Assembly (NCBI GenBank): GCA_963696195.1
Contig: OY968826.1
Span: 2,829,101-2,893,100 of the forward strand
DNA from: an uncultured Alphaproteobacteria bacterium
GTDB lineage: Bacteria; Pseudomonadota; Alphaproteobacteria; Acetobacterales; Acetobacteraceae
Direction: 5' to 3'
Length of the DNA stretch: 64,000 nt
The notes beneath the pieces are model-generated. The model saw nothing but the letters and a program-made list of their open reading frames with translations, searched no databases and was not told where the DNA came from. Shown here piece by piece: positions 60,478 to 64,000 of the stretch; position 1 is the first letter of the stretch; each line of letters begins with the position of its first letter. A program made the position numbers and the translations under genes.

Positions 60478-61761
60478 TCACGCCGCGTTCTGCACCTGCA
60501 CCTCCACCACCTCGGGCTCGGGTAGCAGGTTCCATGCCCGCAGCGCGATCGTTGCGGTATCGATCAGCCGCTGCGGGGCATGGTGCGCGTACCTCTGGGT
60601 CGTCGAGAGCTGGCTGTGACCCAGAACCGTTCCGATCTCGTTCAGCGGCGTGCCGGCGTTGGCCAGCGCGGACGCGAACGAGTGCCTCAAATCGTGGATG
60701 CGCAGGTCCTCGGGCAGTCCCGCCGCCTCCCTCGCCCGCCGCCACGCGCCGCGTATCCCCTCCACCGCCCTGTCCGGCCGGCGGGCGCTGGGGAAGACGT
60801 ACGGGTTGCCCGGGTGGAGCTGACGCTTGGCGAGCTGGCGCTGGAGGATCGTCACGGCCAGGGCCGAGAGCGGTACGTGCCGCGTGCGGCCGGACTTGGA
60901 CCGGGGCACGGTGAGCAGCCCGCGCTCCAGGTCCACGTTCTCCCACTTCGCCTTCAGCGCCTCGCCCCGGCGGGCGCCGGTGACGGCGAGCAGCATCAGC
61001 ACCGACGCGGCGGTCTCGTCCGGGTCGGCGGCCAGCGCGCGGAAGAGCGCCTGGGTCTCAGGCGCGCTCAGGTACTTGTCCCGGTGGACCTCGCGCAGCA
61101 TCCCGGGCGAGCTCGCCGGGTTCTTGCCCGCGTACAACTCCCATTTCGTTGCGAGATTGAACATCGCCCGCAACGTCGCCAAGTGCCGGTTGACCGTGCC
61201 GTTCGCCAAGCCCTCCGCCACCATCCTGCGCCGCAGCTCAGCGACATCTTGCGGTGTCACCTCGTCCAACGCCTTCTTGCCCAGGGCGGGCAGGATGCGC
61301 TTGCGCAGGTAGGCCTCGACGTTGTGCGCGGCGCGCTGAGTCTCGCGCGCGTGCGGCAGATATCGATCCTTGGCGAATTCATTGAGCGTAGGCACGGCCT
61401 TGAGCTTTGCCTTCTCCGCCGCCGGGTCGCCGCCCAGGCTGACCTCGGCCTTGAGCTGCTCGGCGCGCTTGCGGGCCTGGTCGACGGTGACGTCGCCCAG
61501 CCGGCCGAGCCGGACTTCGTGCTGGCGGCCGCGGGCATCCTTGTACCGGAAGTAGAACGTTACGGTGGTCCGGCGCTGCTCGGCGATGAAGCCGACCAGC
61601 CGGTCGTCGAAGAGACGGTGCTTGGCTGCGCCCGCCGACAGCGGGGGCAGCTTCTGCAATAGCGTGCGGGTGAGTGTGATGGCGGCCATTTGGCTCCTCT
61701 GCTGGGTGGTGCTGGTTGGATTGGAATTGGGCGTGGGGGTCATAGGGGGCATCGGCCGCAC
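60478..61761 (-). CDS. int: Tyrosine integrase with N-terminal arm-binding domain (true start may be 61682)
   Basis: LFDDRLVGF..FYFRY..VRLG (arm-binding), TGARRGE, HDLRHS, LGHSQLSTTQRY. Confidence 0.95.
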   Translation of the reverse strand: MRPMPPMTPTPNSNPTSTTQQRSQMAAITLTRTLLQKLPPLSAGAAKHRLFDDRLVGFIAEQRRTTVTFYFRYKDARGRQHEVRLGRLGDVTVDQARKRAEQLKAEVSLGGDPAAEKAKLKAVPTLNEFAKDRYLPHARETQRAAHNVEAYLRKRILPALGKKALDEVTPQDVAELRRRMVAEGLANGTVNRHLATLRAMFNLATKWELYAGKNPASSPGMLREVHRDKYLSAPETQALFRALAADPDETAASVLMLLAVTGARRGEALKAKWENVDLERGLLTVPRSKSGRTRHVPLSALAVTILQRQLAKRQLHPGNPYVFPSARRPDRAVEGIRGAWRRAREAAGLPEDLRIHDLRHSFASALANAGTPLNEIGTVLGHSQLSTTQRYAHHAPQRLIDTATIALRAWNLLPEPEVVEVQVQNAA

Positions 61762-61775
61762 CCGGGGCGCGGCGC

Positions 61776-62012
61776 CTACCCCGCCGTGCTGTGGCGGCGG
61801 TTCATCAGGATGAATGCGTCCAAGTCCTCGTTCCGGTACCGGACGTACTTTTCGGAGAGCTTGACGTAGGCTGGCCCTTCGCCCGTGCCGCGCCAGCGCT
61901 CCAGGAAGCTGGGCGGGACGTTCAAGCGCTCGGCGGCTTGCTGCGCGGTCAGCAGCGGCTGACGCTCTTGGGTTTCGGCGGTGGTGTCATCGGCATTGCT
62001 TTGCTGGGTCAT
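61776..62012 (-). CDS. Excisionase/AlpA-like HTH (HTH_17 type)
   Basis: LLTAQQAAERLNV..LERWR..GEGPAYVKL..VRY..DLDAF; directly upstream of int. Confidence 0.85.
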   Translation of the reverse strand: MTQQSNADDTTAETQERQPLLTAQQAAERLNVPPSFLERWRGTGEGPAYVKLSEKYVRYRNEDLDAFILMNRRHSTAG

Positions 62013-62177
62013 GCTGGGTCTCCACGTTCGGGCGCCGGTGGCGGTCATGCCCCGGCTTCGCCCATGGAAATGTTCGGTGGCCGTCCTTGGCCGTCGAAGG
62101 TCGTGCTTCGCCCGCCGTCGCCGGCACCACGCGGACAGCCGGACGGGCCAAAGCCCATCCGGCGCGTTGGCGATTCT

Positions 62178-62828
62178 TCAGCTTGGCTCCTCGGAGTTTG
62201 CCGAATCAGGCTCGCCAGAGGATTCCGCGACGACGCGCGCGATCCGCACGCGGCGAATCTCGGCGGCGAGGGCCTCGCGCACGGCGTTGCGGCAGGACCA
62301 GAGCCGGGAGATGTACGGCGCCCGCTCCGCCCAGTCCCGCAGCGCCTCGTCCGCAACGATGATGATCTGCTCAGGCACGATACCTTCCTGGCGACTCTCG
62401 GGATCGGGGCAGAGCTCGATCGCCAGATCGCCGCACCGCGCCACCGTCCAGCGGTAGGGAGAGGGCTGGCCGCCGGGGCAGAACTCCACCCCGGCGCCGA
62501 GAGGCTCGCCCGCCTGCAACTGCCGGACCGCCCGGCCGAGCGCCTCCAGCACGGCGAGGGCGCCGCCATCCGGCATCCGCGCGTGTTCCAGGGCCATGCG
62601 CGCCTGCGCCACGAGGATCAACTGGCGCAAGGTCCAGCCCGCCGGCGCGGTGCAGACAGTGCCGTATCGCACCGGCAGGCCGAAGCCGTCGCCGCCGGTG
62701 TCCAGCATCGCCACCCAGAATTTCTGCTCCCAGAACGGCAGTACATCGGCGTTGGTGAACAGCACGAACCGCTCGCCGTCTCCGGTGCGGCGCACGGCGA
62801 CGATGGATTTCTCATCGAAGTCGATCAT
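62178..62828 (-). CDS. Hypothetical protein, internally duplicated, paralog of 63401-63985
   Basis: ATGA overlap with upstream stop; internal repeat GWTLRQLILVA / GIVPEQIIIVA. Confidence 0.7.
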   Translation of the reverse strand: MIDFDEKSIVAVRRTGDGERFVLFTNADVLPFWEQKFWVAMLDTGGDGFGLPVRYGTVCTAPAGWTLRQLILVAQARMALEHARMPDGGALAVLEALGRAVRQLQAGEPLGAGVEFCPGGQPSPYRWTVARCGDLAIELCPDPESRQEGIVPEQIIIVADEALRDWAERAPYISRLWSCRNAVREALAAEIRRVRIARVVAESSGEPDSANSEEPS

Positions 62829-63202
62829 CGGCGTGCCTCTCCTTTGGAGCTCGAAGCAGGCGACGCGGTGTCGGCGGCCGGGACCGTTTCGGTTCCGTCC
62901 GCCTCGGCTTGATCGATCTCGAACACCAGCCACAAATCGTCGCTTTCGATGGATACAGCCACGCCCTCAGGAATTCGGAAGGCGTTGATCTCCTCCTCGT
63001 CGGGATCGTCGTTGAGGCGGAACAGGTCGGCCGGCTCGCGCACCGCGATGCCGAGCGTGCCGAAATACTTGACGATGCTGAGCGGGTCTTCGCCGGTGCG
63101 GACGGCATCGTCGAATTTGATCCGCTGCACGTCTTGCAATTTCTCGACGCTGGAGAAGCGCCGCAGCAACTCCTCCAGCGTCTGGGTTTCGTATTGGTCC
63201 AT
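62825..63202 (-). CDS. Small highly acidic hypothetical protein
   Basis: 125 aa; by hand count 29 D/E vs 13 K/R; GGAG RBS before ATG 63202. Confidence 0.65.
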   Translation of the reverse strand: MDQYETQTLEELLRRFSSVEKLQDVQRIKFDDAVRTGEDPLSIVKYFGTLGIAVREPADLFRLNDDPDEEEINAFRIPEGVAVSIESDDLWLVFEIDQAEADGTETVPAADTASPASSSKGEARR

Positions 63203-63220
63203 GTGATGGGGCTCCAGACG

Positions 63221-63254
63221 CAGGAAGCCCCGCCTTTGCGGGCGGGGCTTCCTG
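63221..63254. other. Perfect 14-bp hairpin just upstream of the RBS of the acidic-protein gene
   Basis: CAGGAAGCCCCGCC-TTTGCG-GGCGGGGCTTCCTG. Confidence 0.75.
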
Positions 63255-63400
63255 CTCGTTCGGGGTGGGTGGAACGCCCTGGCCTGTAGTGGCCTGGGCG
63301 AGAGCATCACATGCGGCCGTGTGGCGGCGCCGATGCGCCACGGGACACCGGGCACACCCCTTCATCCATGATGAAAGAAGTAACCAGGCGGTCGGCCGGT

Positions 63401-63985
63401 TCAGCCCAGCTCCGGCTCCCCGTCGCAGTCGGCGACATGCGCCGCCCACCGCGCCTTCGCCCTCGCGGCTTCCAGGGCCAGCGCCGCGCGAACCTCGCGC
63501 CGTGCTTCCCAACTACTCCGCCGCCAGGGCGTGACCGGCAGCCAACTGGTCAGCGCCATTTCGATCACGACCAAAAGTTGCTCAGGCACCACGCCACGCT
63601 GCCGCGCCTCCGCATCCGGGCACAAGACAATCGAGAACGGCCCCGCCCTGGCCACGGTCCAAGGGAAGGGTGACGACACCCCGCCCGGCGGCGCCGGCTC
63701 GAAGGCGACCGGCGGCACCGCCCAACCCGCCTGGGGCTCTCGGTGCACGGCGGCGGCGCTGTCCAGATGGCGCACGATCTCGGCCAGGATGGGCTCGCCG
63801 GAATGCGCCAGCTCGGCCTCGAACCTGGCCAGCGTCACGCTAAGAAGCTGGCCGACGGCCCAGCCATCGTACGGGCCGAGGATGGCGAGGCGGATGAACA
63901 CGCCGCCGTCAGGAATCTCGACCGCCGCGCCCCACAGGCGCGGCGGCCTGCCCGGGATCAGGTCGGTGGTGATAAGCGCGACCAT
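63401..63985 (-). CDS. Hypothetical protein, internally duplicated, paralog of 62178-62828
   Basis: SPFPWTVARAG..IVLCPDAEARQRGVVPEQLLVV matches SPYRWTVARCG..IELCPDPESRQEGIVPEQIIIV. Confidence 0.7.
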   Translation of the reverse strand: MVALITTDLIPGRPPRLWGAAVEIPDGGVFIRLAILGPYDGWAVGQLLSVTLARFEAELAHSGEPILAEIVRHLDSAAAVHREPQAGWAVPPVAFEPAPPGGVSSPFPWTVARAGPFSIVLCPDAEARQRGVVPEQLLVVIEMALTSWLPVTPWRRSSWEARREVRAALALEAARAKARWAAHVADCDGEPELG

Positions 63986-64000
63986 GCGCCCGGCGCTGGT

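Larger units (their letters stand above)
56789..64000. mobile_element. Left part of an integrative element (genomic island/ICE/prophage-like) at tRNA-Arg, continuing past the window
   Basis: Abrupt end of core synteny at tRNA 3' end; integrase, excisionase, XRE and hypothetical genes; second att not in window. Confidence 0.8.

Overview
High-GC alphaproteobacterial chromosome segment; gene order and content suggest Acetobacteraceae, possibly an Acidocella/Acidiphilium-like acidophile (inference). Most of it is housekeeping: ilvC, fabD-fabG-acpP-fabF-mltG, rpmE, plsC-trhO-miaB-phoH-ybeY-corC, ffh-rpsP-rimM-trmD-rplS-leuCDB. Accessory parts: (1) a dead chimeric IS630/IS5 element at 6296-7819; (2) a stand-alone Cyc2-type cytochrome-porin gene (9073-10437) with an FNR-like box upstream; (3) an agmatine/putrescine catabolic operon; (4) an RND pump; (5) a surface-glycan methyltransferase/glycosyltransferase/RgpF cluster; (6) a rearranged 44.7-49.9 kb stretch with serine-recombinase and DinG remnants and REP-delimited hicAB and orphan-gene cassettes; (7) the left part of an integrative element starting at tRNA-Arg(ACG) (56712-56788). 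That element carries a HEPN-motif protein, a DUF559-like nuclease, an XRE regulator, a tyrosine integrase, an excisionase, and two paralogous internally duplicated proteins resembling Tad1-type anti-defence sponges around a very acidic small protein. All family calls come from motif recognition and recalled sequences; no searches were run.
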